Positions 1 to 12,522 of a stretch of 64,000 bases of DNA are shown here, piece by piece. Source of the stretch: Octopus sinensis. Taxonomy: Eukaryota. Made by a program: the position numbers and the translations under genes. The stretch covers positions 27,590,001 to 27,654,000 of the forward strand of contig NC_043002.1 of assembly GCF_006345805.1 (NCBI RefSeq), in the 5' to 3' direction. Within the stretch, counting starts at the first letter, position 1, and each line of letters begins with the position of its first letter. The notes beneath the pieces were generated by a model. The model ran no database searches. It saw nothing but the letters and a program-made list of their open reading frames with translations, and was not told where the DNA came from.

Positions 1-646
1 TTTCATAAAGGCATATTCAATTTTTATACAGCATGAATACTTCAATAAATTCATTTACCATTACTATCATTACATTCAAGAATGAATAAAATATCTATTT
101 CAATGAGCTGTATTATATAATTGTCATTACTGTATCGATTAATAAAATAACACATACATCTCACTAATTATTTTCATGTACTAAACAAACAGAACTTCAT
201 GTATAAAAATTATCTTTTTTCTACTTCAATTATTGCATATTATAAAAACATTATATCATTGCTATTACTGTATAGATTGGCATACCACAAAGAAACACAA
301 GTTCATGTATAATATTGATCTTTCTTCTACTTCAATTATTACTTGTTTTCTCTTCTAAAAAATACACACATACAGGAGAAGTAAATTATTCATAAAATAA
401 TACTTTCAATGTAGCTCCCGATGAACAGTAAAAATAATTACCCGAACAACGACGGGTTTTACAGTTATTTTATATACATAACGTAAGGGGTATTAGCCAT
501 CTGAATGTGGCTAGCCACTGGGGGGGGGGTTACTGATGCTTTTAGCCCCAGGCGATCAACGTCACCAGAAGGGCTTTAGACACTATCTCAGTGCCCTTGT
601 GTTATTTGCAAAGGGAGGTCATCCTCCCTCGAAGACCCGAGTACTA

Positions 647-691
647 CATACGGACTATAGTTTCAAGGTAATTGCCTCTCGTCAACGCATG
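647..691 (-). ncRNA. Minimal type I hammerhead ribozyme (inverted twin of 1005-1049)
   Basis: Exact reverse complement of 1005-1049. Confidence 0.8.
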
Positions 692-1004
692 GTAAGCACC
701 GGTCTTCGATGAAGGAGTCCCCTTTCAAATAAATACATAACGTTTTTCACAGCAACCACTGTCACTGATGTAGAAAAACTGTCTGAAAACAATAATAAAT
801 CTCTGAACGAGATATAAACAGTAACCGCTCGACAACGTAAGGGGTATTAGCCATCTGAATGTGGCTAGCGGTTACTGTTTATATCTCGTTCAGAGATTTA
901 TTATTGTTTTCAGACAGTTTTTCTACATCAGTGACAGTGGTTGCTGTGAAAAACGTTATATATTTATTTGCAAGGGGACTCCTTCATCGAAGACCGGTGC
1001 TTAC

Positions 1005-1049
1005 CATGCGTTGACGAGAGGCAATTACCTTGAAACTATAGTCCGTATG
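1005..1049 (+). ncRNA. Minimal type I hammerhead ribozyme, U3 core variant
   Basis: CATGCG-TTGACGA-GAGG caatta CCTT-GAAAC TATA GTC-CGTATG: helix I CAUGCG/CGUAUG, helix II GAGG/CCUU, palindromic helix III CUAUAG, GUC cleavage triplet at 1041-1043; outer extension tcgaagacc/ggtcttcga. Confidence 0.8.
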
Positions 1050-1289
1050 TAGTACTCGGGTCTTCGAGGGAGGATGACCTCCCTTTGCAAATAACGCAAG
1101 GGCACTGAGATAGTGTCTAATTCCTTCTGGTGACGTTGATCGCCTGGGGCTAAAAGCATCAGTAACCCCCCCCCCCCAGTGGCTAGCCACATTCAGATGG
1201 CTAATACCCCTTACGTTGTCGAGCGGTTACTGTTTATATCTCGTTCAGAGATTTATTATTTTATATATATATATATTCTTTTCTTTCTT

Positions 1290-1692
1290 TTATTCTTTTA
1301 CTTGTTTCAGTCATTTGACTGCGGCCATGCTGGAGCACCGCCTTCTAATAGAGCAACTCGACCCTGGGACTTATTCTTTTTTAAGCCCAGTACTTATGCT
1401 ATCGGTCTCTTTTGCCGAACCGCTAAGTAACGGGGGACATAAACACACCAGCATCGGTTGTCAAGCAATGCTAGGGGGACAAACACAGACACACAAACAC
1501 ACACAAATAAATATATATACATACATACGACAGGCTTCTTTCAGGTTCCGTCTACCAAATCCACTCACGAGGCATTGGTCGGCCCGAGGCTATAGTAGAA
1601 GACACTTGCCCAAGATGCCACGCAGTGGGACTGAACCCGTAACCATGTGGTTGGATAGCAAGCTACTTACCACACAGCCACACCTGCGCCTA
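1290..1692 (-). mobile_element. SINE family A (tRNA-like head, CORE-like segment, internal microsatellite, conserved tail)
   Basis: Reverse complement of ggcgcagg..gtggctgtgtggtaagtagcttgct..ttgggcaagtgtcttctactatagcctcgggccgacc..ggttcggcaaaagagaccgatag..cagtcaaatgactgaaacaagtaaaag; matches many copies in the window. Confidence 0.85.
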
Positions 1693-2196
1693 TATATATA
1701 TATATACATACATATATATATATATATGTATGTATATGTGTGTGTACGTATGTATGTATACATACATACACACACACACACAACACACACACACCACACA
1801 CACACACACACACACCACACACACACACACCACACACCACACACACACACACACATATATACACATATATATATATATATATATATATATTCAAATTTGT
1901 ATTGTTATTTCGACAAAATCTGGGAGGGAGAACCGCTTTTATCGACATTGTAACATACTTTGAGGAAATACCGTTACTGAGGGAAGTTTTCACCTAATTG
2001 CAGTTCTCTTCTGTAGGAAATTTTTTTGACATTACAAAAATGGTATCTTATCAATTTCTCTGGTCACATTCAAACTAGGTTGCTAGCGGCAAGAAGAAAT
2101 TAGATATTACCATTCGGCTTTTATTACAGAGTAAAACAGTGAATATCTATTCATTTTGCATATACTGTTAGGTTTACGAAATATTTTCCATTATAT

Positions 2197-2283
2197 GTGT
2201 GTGCATGCTTGCGTGTGTGCATGCTTGCGTGTGTGCATGCTTGCGTGTGTGCATGCTTGCGTGTGTGCATGCTTGCGTGTGTG
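2197..2283. repeat. 16-bp tandem repeat (gtgtgtgcatgcttgc), about 5 copies
   Basis: Direct reading. Confidence 0.85.
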
Positions 2284-2309
2284 TATACACACACACACTC
2301 ATATATATA

Positions 2310-2354
<45 letters not shown>

Positions 2355-3524
2355 CATACGTGACAGAAGTAAATAGACACCCCTGACATTTTTATGGTTC
2401 AGTTTCTATATGAGACTGTTTAATCAGGTCACGTATAAGAGAAACCTTAGAACTGTCCGGATTTCAAAGAGGTAGTCTTGTCAGTCAATCTGAAGATGGA
2501 CTTCACCAGCGTACAATCGCAGATAACCTTGGGATCCACCTTTCTACAATTAACAGAGTGATTGTACAATTCACCAGAGAAGGGAAGGAGTCAACATCAC
2601 TTCGCCCAGATCGACCAGAGCCCTCTGACAGGATCCTTCGATTTGTTAAGAGAAGTGTGGAGGATAATCCTCGTTGCAAGGCCTCTGACATAGAAGAACA
2701 AGATGTCAATCCCGGAACTGCTGTCAGATATCTCCACAAACTTGGCTACTATGACAGAGCAGCAAGAAGGAAGCCACTTCTTCGACAAGACAATATTTAG
2801 CGGTGAAGAGATTGGGCCAGTGAGATGGTGGAGAGGCCACTAGCATTTTGGGACACTGTCATATTCCTATATGAGTCCAGGATTGCTGTATTTTCTGACA
2901 GTCATCGAGTGTGGGTCTGGAGACACTGTGTTGAAGAATTTGATGTGAAAAAATTGCAACCAACAATAAAACACGGCGGCTAAGCTTTTGATGGCCTGGG
3001 GAGTAATGGTTGATCAGAGCTGGTAAGATGTGAGGGAAACATAAACTCAGATAAATATGTATCCATATTGCAGTAGGCATTCCTCCCAGTCTTCTCCAGT
3101 GGTGAAACGATTGAAGAAGACTCTTTATTTATGGAAGATAGGGCCCCTTGTCACATGGCTAAAAAGACAGAAGATTGGTTGGAAGCGAATGGAATTAAGA
3201 AGCTTTCATAGCCAAGCAAGCTACCACATATGAATCTTATTGAACACCTTTGGGGTATAATGGACAGGACACTTCGTAAAAAGAACAAGAAAGCATCATC
3301 AAAGCCAGATCTTTTGAGACTGCTGCATGAAACTTGGCAAGAAATTTTCATCTGATCAGTAGCATGCCTAATAAGGTTCTTGCATGGAAAAATGTAAATG
3401 GCATGCCTACGAAATATTAGATATTCACGTTATAATAATCAATAAATAATTTGAATGTATAATTTCAGATTTCAATAAATTTTAACGTTTATAAGGACGT
3501 CTATTCACTTCTGTTATGCCTGTG
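2355..3524 (+). mobile_element. Degenerate Tc1-like DNA transposon with TIRs and TA flanks
   Basis: Left catacgtgacagaagtaaatagacaccc vs reverse complement of right cacaggcataacagaagtgaatagacgtcc; TA on both sides, embedded in (TA)n. Confidence 0.8.
2420..3420 (+). pseudogene. Tc1-family (DD34E-type) transposase pseudogene
   Basis: Conceptual translation: HTH region [52 protein letters not shown], ending TKY*; stops and frameshifts. Confidence 0.85.
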
Positions 3525-3555
3525 TATATATAACGTATATATAAAAATAGATTTA

Positions 3556-3610
<55 letters not shown>

Positions 3611-4847
3611 TATATATATACTGGAAATAGCCTCCTCTGTACCATATTTTCATGCTCTCATCCAGGGACTTGATGACACTGTTCTCCAATAGACGCCAAT
3701 GTAACTAGCAGTAGAAAACAGGATGGTGCAGTGTCAAATAATCATTGATACCATCAGCTCTGTGATCGTTGGTTCGAATGGTGAGTAAATATTTTGATAA
3801 AGTACGTTCAAGTCAACATTAATTCTACGTCTTTCTTTCTTTTTGGTGAGGGTTTATTTGTGATGTGATATTTCTGAAGCATAAACAACCCTATTTTTAC
3901 CACTTTTTATATGGAATTGGTATGTCTAAATTGAATCAGAGTACATCTTTTGACTACCACATATCTTTCTGTTCCCAAATATTCTTTGAGTGTGAAATGT
4001 TTGAAATGGATTATGTGCTGGTATATTTACCTAAATATAACTAACTTTATAAATCAGCCACCAAGGACAATATAAGAAAATCAAATCCTTCAAAGGAAAC
4101 CACATAAATGCCAATTATTCTACACTCTTTCTATAAAACATACGATCTTGTTGCATGACAGCGGAAGCCTTCAAAGCGACACACCGAAAACGTAGAATAC
4201 AATATATGTCTTGGCATTTGGTTATATTGCTTTGATATCGTATGAGTAACTTCCTCAAGTATCATAGCACCAAGACTCTTACATTAGCTTAACAGAAAGC
4301 TCATTTAAATGCCATGTACAATAACATGTGAGCTGTTTGTAAAATACAACACAACAAAATCCATGATTTTATGAGAATACATGAAAATATCAATTTCAAA
4401 CTGGCACTTAGTTGCACACTAGCACGTGCACAGCGGACATTTTACGGTGGGTGGGTGGTGAGCCATTACCGAGCTGTTGATTTAAATCATACCGGCAGGA
4501 ATAATTGATATTTTGAAAGTTACCTTTCATAGCTATTCGAACACGGTGTTATGTACATGACAAGAACCGCCAGGTCCTCCGAACTGAACGTTCGCTTATT
4601 ACACCTTTCATTAGTCCTTTCGCAATTTTAGAGTATCTTTCGTTGTTTCTCAGAGTTTCTGGCAGCCACAGCTCACTCACAAGGCTTTGTTTCAAATCAC
4701 AATGTTAAAAAAAAACACTTTCAGTTTGTGGCCTGCAGATGAAACGTGCTTCAATTTTCTTTAATAAGCATTTCAGTGCCTATGTTTATACGAAATATTA
4801 GTTTCAAAGCCAGCAGTTTATACATAGTTTTTATCTTTTATCTCTTA

Positions 4848-5024
4848 ATTCATTCAGTCATTTGACTGCGGCTATGCTGAAGCACCGACTTCAATTTCTA
4901 GTCAAATGAATCGACTCCAGTATATTTTAAAACCCTGATACATACTCTATCGGTCTGTTTTGTCCGGAGTCAAACACACAAACACCGTTTGTGAAGTGGC
5001 GATAGAAAGAAACACACACACACA

Positions 5025-5025
<1 letters not shown>
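4848..5025 (-). mobile_element. SINE family A, 3' fragment
   Basis: cagtcatttgactgcggctatgctgaagcaccg matches the family A tail. Confidence 0.65.
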
Positions 5026-5150
<125 letters not shown>

Positions 5151-5325
5151 CAGTTTAACTATATGCAACAGAAAGTGCATTAGTAAGCTACCTAAGTACA
5201 AGCATATATTGAGACTGATGGAGAAACAGATATGTAGAACAACATGTATTAATATAAACCGTATTAAAATATAACTAGAATAACTACGTAGTGTAACTTT
5301 TTGTACCACTCCAAATGACTATGGC

Positions 5326-5375
5326 GGTATCTGTGACTGAAGAGGAGCAATAACACCGAAACACCATGTCGGGAT
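5326..5375 (+). ncRNA. Degenerate hammerhead-like motif
   Basis: CTGAAGA-GG agcaataaca CC-GAAAC accat GTC; core intact but helix I is not contiguous. Confidence 0.35.
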
Positions 5376-5680
5376 TGCTTCTTGATGTAATTTGAAGTTT
5401 CGTTTGATGTTTTTGCATGCTAAAAGCTCTAGAGAGGAATTTTTCAGTCATATTCCCTCACTCAGTGCTTCTTTTTACGTTCTCTGCACGATAAGGTGCT
5501 GAAAATATGTGTACATATTTTTATAGTTTCTTTTTAGATCATCGCTACTTTGTATGTTTATATTTTAGTATAAGCGCACGAAGAGGTGTGATTGTAAATA
5601 TATGCGTATATGAATGTCCAAAAGTAACAGAAATTCGTTGGCTCTTTTTACACTTGCCAGACTTTGGCTTTCGCTTTCTT

Positions 5681-5750
5681 CATTGGCCGGTATACATTGG
5701 CTGGTATACATTGGCCGGTATACATTGGCTGGTATACATTGGCCGATATA
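5681..5750. repeat. 14-bp minisatellite cattggcYggtata, about 5 copies
   Basis: Direct reading; alternating c/t variant. Confidence 0.9.
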
Positions 5751-6314
5751 ACAGACAGAGAATTATTTCGATAAAGTCAGCCAGAAAAACACTTGATGTT
5801 GCTCCCCAGTCAGGGTCACAGTCTAGCCACTAAAACATGTTAAAGAATTGAAAGATAGTTTTAAAAAGGTCACTTAAATCGCATTACTAAAATAAGATCT
5901 TACTTATAAATCTTATAAGCCATAAATCTTAAATTTGCAATGTAACGCAGCTGGTGTCTTTTAAAGTTAAGAGAACAAAGGCGTATCCATTTCTTGTCTA
6001 CTATCTATAAGTCTTTAAGATCATATACCTTGGGGATATAAGAATCTTATTAGTTTGTGTTAGAGAAATCATTAAGCAGATGTTTCATGTATCAGTAAGA
6101 ATGTACGAGCATTAATATTGAAGGAAAATCATATTTTGTCTCAGCAGCAAAGTGTATTGCTTCAAACGCCAGTATTCTTGTCGTCACACGTAATATGTAG
6201 TTACGTAATATGTAGAATTTTTGAACATTACTAACTTATGTTTAGCACTAAGCTCCTCAAAAACTTATATAATACACTACTACATACGTGCATAGAAATT
6301 AACATGCATACACT

Positions 6315-6374
<60 letters not shown>

Positions 6375-6740
6375 ATAAACCGTATGGTATACACCTGGTA
6401 GGTTACCAGTAAAGCACATTCATTTTCAGAGTGTTCATTGGGTATTTAGTTAATGTGAGAGACGGATAATGGGAGATACGACAATGATTATTAATCACTA
6501 CGATTGTTTCGACCCGTTTAGCATCTATCGCTCACGGAAGGGATACTTAACAACTGACTTAGGAGTATCCGACAGTATAGATGTCTCTGCAGGTGATTAC
6601 AAGATGTATCCCATTAAAATAACGACTGTTCTGAAAGATATCTTCTCAGTGAGTGTATAGAAAAGCAGCAAATTAAAGGATACAGTTTCATTTTTATATA
6701 AGATCAATAATAAATAACAGATGGAAAAAGTGACTAATTA

Positions 6741-6903
6741 TAGGCGCAGGAGTGTCTATGCGGTAAGAAGCTTGCTTCCCAACCACCTGGTTCTGGGTTC
6801 AGTCCCAATGCCTGCCAGCTTGTGCAAGTGTCTTCTACTATACCCTCGGGCCGATCAATGACTTGTCAGTGGATTGGGAGACGGAAACTGAAAGAAGCCC
6901 GTC

Positions 6904-6960
<57 letters not shown>

Positions 6961-7465
6961 TGTATATGTATTTGTATATGTATGTGTATATATATATGTA
7001 TGTATGTATGTATGTATATATATGTATGTATGTGTTTGTGTCTGTGTTTGTACTCCCGCCATCACTTGATAAGCGTGATTGTGTGGTAAGTAGCTTGCTT
7101 ACCAACCACATGGTTCTGATTTCAGTCCAACTGCGTGCCGCCATGAGCAAGTAGCTTCTACTAAAGCCTCGGGCCGACCAATTTCTTCTGAGTGGATTAG
7201 GTAAACAGAAACTGAAAGAAGCCTGTCATATATATGTATATTTTTGTGTGTGTCTGTGTTTGACCCCACACCATCGCTTCACAACCGATGCTAGTGTGTT
7301 TGGGTCCCCCGTAACATAGCGGTTCGGCAAAAGAGATCGACAGAACAAGTACTAGGCTTGCAAAGAATAATTCCAGGGATCGACTTCTTCAGCTAAAATA
7401 CTTTAATTTAGTTCTCAAATATGGCCGCTGTCAAATGTCGGAAGCAGGTAAAAGAGTAAAAAGAC
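6741..7465 (+). mobile_element. Two adjacent or nested SINE family A copies (6741-7075; 7078-7465)
   Basis: Two heads (taggcgcaggag..; gtgtggtaagtagcttgct..) and one tail. Confidence 0.8.
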
Positions 7466-7803
7466 TAAAAAAATATACATATGCCTGTATATCTATTTAT
7501 GAATTTATGTATGTATGTATCAAAAAATAATAAAATGAGGCCAGTTTCTAGGATTCTGTGGGATTTATATTCTCACCAACCGTCCGTCGCTGAATAGCTC
7601 ATTTTTCCTTCCTAAGTGGACATCAGTAACATGAAATGAAGTAGTGACCGCAACACGAATCGAAATTATACTCTTACGATCATAAGTGCAACACAATACG
7701 CCTCCATATATATACATATAAATATATATATATAAAGACCAACAAAACTCTTTGTTATATTTCTCTCTTTCTCTCTCTCTCTTTATATATATATATACAT
7801 ATA

Positions 7804-8216
7804 TAGGCGCAAGAGTGGCTGTGTTGTAAGTAGCTTGCTAACCAGCCACATGGTTCCGGGTTCAGTCCCACTACGTGGAATCTTGGGCAAGTGTCTTCTG
7901 CTATAGACCCGGGCCGACCAATGCCTTGTGAGTGGATTTGGTAGACGGAAACTGAAAGAAGCCTGTCGTATATATGTATATTTATTTGTATGTGTGTGTG
8001 TGTTTGTGTGTCTGTGTTTGTCCCCCTAGTATTGCTTGACAACCGATGCTGGTGTGTTTACGTCCCCGTCACTCAGCGGTTCGGCAAAAGAGTACGATAG
8101 AATAAGTACTGGGCTTACAAAGAATATGTCCCGGGGTCGATTTGCTCGACTAAAGGCGGTGCTCCAGCATGGCCGCAGTCAAATGACTGAAACAAGTAAA
8201 AGAGTAAAAGAGTAAC
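7804..8216 (+). mobile_element. SINE family A, full length
   Basis: Head, CORE-like segment and tail all present. Confidence 0.9.
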
Positions 8217-8219
8217 GAG

Positions 8220-8338
8220 TATATATATAAAGGGAGAGAGAGAGAGAAACATACATATCGATCCTTGCATCTTACATATATATGTATATATGTATATATA
8301 TATATAATATATGATATAAATATATATATATTATATAC

Positions 8339-8380
<42 letters not shown>

Positions 8381-8479
8381 ATATATATATATATATATAC
8401 ACATATATATATATTATATATATACATATAATATATATATATATATTATATATATAATATATACATATAATATATATAC

Positions 8480-8510
<31 letters not shown>

Positions 8511-8630
8511 CATATATATATTATACATATATATATATACATATATATATATATGTATATATATATATACATATATATATATACATATATATATATATAC
8601 ATATATATATACATATATATACATATATAC

Positions 8631-8664
<34 letters not shown>

Positions 8665-8677
8665 CTATATATACATA

Positions 8678-8712
<35 letters not shown>

Positions 8713-8738
8713 ATAATACATATATATATATATATATA

Positions 8739-8779
<41 letters not shown>

Positions 8780-8780
8780 G
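8220..8780. repeat. Long degenerate (TA)n/(TATACA)n tract
   Basis: Direct reading. Confidence 0.95.
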
Positions 8781-8895
8781 AATACAAAAATATATATGTA
8801 TATATAAACATATTGATAGATTTTTCTTTAGCACTCATTCCAAATACAAACCACACACACACACGCACGTGCACACACACACACACACGCACGTG

Positions 8896-8926
<31 letters not shown>

Positions 8927-9224
8927 ACACGCTCTCTCTCTCACTTCTCCTCATCCATCACCCTTTTGTACTGTCTTATATTCCTCCCCACCACTACAAA
9001 CTCAATACCACTATAAAATGGTCAAAACTTTTCACACAGGAACTTTTCACACACTTTGATTTGAAAACCCCACTAGAATGGGAGAAAGCGCTAATACATG
9101 ATCTAAGTTATATGATGTATAAAAAATGTAATATACAAATAAATATCTGTAAATATAAACCATCCAATTTTCTGAGTACCTCATTTCTTCTAATATATAA
9201 TACCTGTACATCATCTCCAAACCT

Positions 9225-9268
<44 letters not shown>

Positions 9269-9328
9269 TAAAATATCATTGGTGAATTGAAGAAATGGAG
9301 CTGAACGAAGATTGAACAGAAATCGTTT

Positions 9329-9421
9329 TATTTCATTCTACACGTGTTTCGAAAGGCACAATTTACCAAAATCCGATTGAATAATGAGACCATATTGTGT
9401 CTTTCACTTCAGGAAGAAATA
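9329..9421 (-). ncRNA. Hammerhead twin with an A9U core substitution
   Basis: Reverse complement of 12523-12615 except core CUGAAGU (position 9406). Confidence 0.75.
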
Positions 9422-10611
9422 GGAAATCCGTTGGAAAAAACAAAAACAGAACAGAGGCGGAGCAAAACAAATCGAACTAGGCTCCTAAAAGCCCATGGCA
9501 AAACTGTTTATCAGTGTATGTTGAGAACCGGTGGCTGAAGAATTTAACGGGTCAGGCAGCGGTCATTCATGTTGGTGAGGGTGTGTAGATGTTCTTTGTG
9601 ACCGAGAATAAAGTTCTGACTATTTAAGGAATATTGGATGTTTATAAGGGGCGAGAAAAAATCTACTTAGAGACATGTGTGTGTATACTGTTCTATATAT
9701 GTGTGTGTTGGCGTAGGTTGGCAAGACCTCCGTCAAGGGGTAGAAAACATTTTTTGTGTACGTGTGTGCGTTTGATCGCTCGGCTGTCAGTGGTTAAGCC
9801 GCTCTACACAATGGCTACTGCAGTAAGAACCGTTGGGTGGCAGAAAAAAATATATTATGTTATGTGTGTGTGTGTTCGTCTGAACCTGCCTTGTCAAGGT
9901 AACCCCCCGTTGTCAAAAAACCAAGCCCCGTTTATCTTACAGGAGTAATTCCCCTTGCAGTGGTTAATCGTAATTATCTTAAAGGCTATTTCAGAATTTG
10001 TTACCAAGGGCTATGGTTGCAGGTATTATTTATAAACGCTATTTAAAAGCCAGATAAGTGTAACGCCGCCAGTGGGGGCATCGAAAAGCCGACTGTAAAA
10101 GTCCGTTTACCATCCGGCCTCTGGCAAACAAAATATGGAAGAGTTCGGAGACACAAAGGTTGCACTGCCTTCTGCCCCTATCAAATGGGAGGGCCACCGA
10201 CAAAATTTACCATTCCAGCCTGTAGCTTGAGTTCGTATCCTTCAATCGCCATATTAGCTTGCTGAGTCCCGTGGTCTGGCGCTTGTTCATGTCCCGAAAA
10301 GTTGCGTAATGGTTGGAGACTCGCAAAGCCAATCTTGACGATGAGGCCCCTACATAAGTGTAGACATCTGAGTCCGTGTAAACCTTGCATTGGTAGACGG
10401 CGTTTTTGATCTTGGAGTTCGCCGAAGTGAATCTTATTCTGCTAGGATTAGTTTCTGAAATTAGAACTGCGTTCCTGTCACTATATTCGTTCCGAGAACT
10501 GCAGCCGCTTACTACTCTATTTTCCACTACGTCACTATTAACTATAGGAATAACCCCTGATTCTCCACTGTCTATGAGAGTGCTGTCATTGCTAGTGCCC
10601 GTGGTGCTGCT

Positions 10612-11902
10612 ATATCCAAGGCCGGTTATAGGCAGAAGGTAATTTATATTGATCCGGCCCTTCCGATGCCATCATTCGGTCATCAGGATAGGGCCGTCTA
10701 TAATAACATTAACAATTTAAGTAGGGACGGGAGCGCGGCGGATGCCGGGTCAGTCGCTCCCGCATTTAATTTAGCGAACAAGGATAATTATCGGTCCGGG
10801 AGATCTCACACTAACCCAAGACCCGTTATTCATCCGAGAATCACCCACCCGAATGCGAGAGCTGGCGTCCCGACCCATCATACAGATAGGAATAAGCATA
10901 TATGGTTTGTAATTCCCTTTGGTAAGCAGATTAGAACTAACCTCCCCCTCATGTTTAGACAAGCCATCGCCAATAACTTCCCCAGAAATTCCAAATATTA
11001 CTCCACGGTTAACTCGCATAAAGTTAGGATAGCTTTCTCCAACACTAAAAACCTCGCCCAGATAATCGCCTCCCATAATAATAGGCTACTTACTAAGACC
11101 CTATCACCTTTTCCGGAGGCACAGCCTCTTCCGCTCCGGTTTAATGCTCAGTAGGAATAATTATAGTAGTAATAATGGTATGAGAGCCAGTACAGTGACA
11201 CATAATCTCAGCTCCAGCCAGGGAGTACCCACTAGGGGTATAGTTATAAATAGGGGTGTTGTGGTTGACGGTAACAATGGGAGTAGGGTAGAGAGCCCTA
11301 ATAGCAACCCCAGCATCATTTCCCGCAATAGCAGCACCACGGGCACTAGCAATGACAGCACTCTGATAGATAGTGGAGAATCAGGGGTTATTCCTATAGT
11401 TAATAGTGACGTAGTGGAAAATAGAGTAGTAAGCGGCTGCAGTTCTCGGAACGAATATAGTGACAGGAACGCAGTTCTAATTTCAGAAACTAATCCTAGC
11501 AGAATAAGATTCACTTCGGCGAACTCCAAGATCAAAAACGCCGTCTACCAATGCAAGGTTTACACGGACTCAGATGTCTACACTTATGTAGGGGCCTCAT
11601 CGTCAAGATTGGCTTTGCGAGTCTCCAACCATTACGCAACTTTTCGGGACATGAACAAGCGCCAGACCACGGGACTCAGCAAGCTAATATGGCGATTGAA
11701 GGATACGAACTCAAGCTACAGGCTGGAATGGTCAATTTTGTCGGTGGCCCTCCCATTTGATAGGGGCAGAAGGCAGTGCAACCTTTGTGTCTCCGAACTC
11801 TTCCATATTTTGTTTGCCAGAGACCGGATGGTAAACGGACTTTTACAGTCGGCTTTTCGATGCCCCCATTGGCGGCGTTACACTTATCTGGCTTTTAAAT
11901 AG
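10612..11902 (+). pseudogene. PLE polyprotein C-terminus: RT thumb/linker and GIY-YIG endonuclease, 5'-truncated, one frameshift near 11100-11150
   Basis: ISKAGYRQKVIY..KHIWFVIPF..VRIAFSNTKNLAQIIASHN (frame 1), then AVYQCKV..YVGASSSRLALRVSNH..TGLSKLIW..EWSIL..QCNLCVSELFHI..RCPH (frame 2). Confidence 0.85.
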
Positions 11903-12522
11903 CGTTTATAAATAATACCTGCAACCATAGCCCTTGGTAACAAATTCTGAAATAGCCTTTAAGATAATTACGATTAACCACTGCAAGGGGAATTACTCCT
12001 GTAAGATAAACGGGGCTTGGTTTTTTGACAACGGGGGGTTACTTTGACAAGGCAGGTTCAGACGAACACACACACACATAAAACATAATATATTTTTTTC
12101 TGCCACCCAACGGTTCTTACTGCAGTAGCCATTGTGTAGAGCGGCTTAACCACTGACAGCCGAGCGATCAAACGCACACACGTACACAAAAAATGTTTTC
12201 TACCCCTTGACGGAGGTCTTGCCAACCTACGCCAACACACACATATATAGAACAGTATACACACACATGTCTCTAAGTAGATTTTTTCTCGCCCCTTATA
12301 AAACATCCAATATTCCTTAAATAGTCAAAACTTTATTCTCGGTCACAAAGAACATCTACACACCCTTACCCACATGAATGACCGCTGCCTGACCCGTTAA
12401 ATTCTTCAGCCACCGGTTCTCAACATACACTGATAAACAGTTTTGCCATGGGCTTTTAGGAGCCTAGTTCGATTTGTTTTGCTCCGCCTCTGTTCTGTTT
12501 TTGTTTTTTCCAACGGATTTCC

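Larger units (their letters stand above)
480..1260. mobile_element. ORF-less retrozyme-like / PLE pLTR repeat: ~354-bp unit in partial tandem, with two arms inverted about position 868
   Basis: acgtaaggggtattagcc recurs at 481 and 835 (period 354); gcggttactgttt recurs at 868 and 1223 (period 355); 868-1216 is the near-identical reverse complement of the left arm; one HHR per arm; no credible ORF. Confidence 0.8.

Noticed and set aside
120-345. Degenerate local duplication (ttcatgtata..tctacttcaattatt twice)
   Set aside because: Short, AT-rich and with no further structure
3723-3786. Possible host exon ATG..AATG|gtgagt (MVQCQIIIDTISSVIVGSN)
   Set aside because: Good donor site but only 19 codons, no recognisable protein and no partner exon
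6592-6654. Possible micro-exon ctctgcag|..ctca|gtgagt
   Set aside because: Weak acceptor and no homology recognised
10612-11902. Selenocysteine recoding as reported for some Naiad PLEs
   Set aside because: No in-frame UGA in the preserved fragment and no SECIS identifiable by eye
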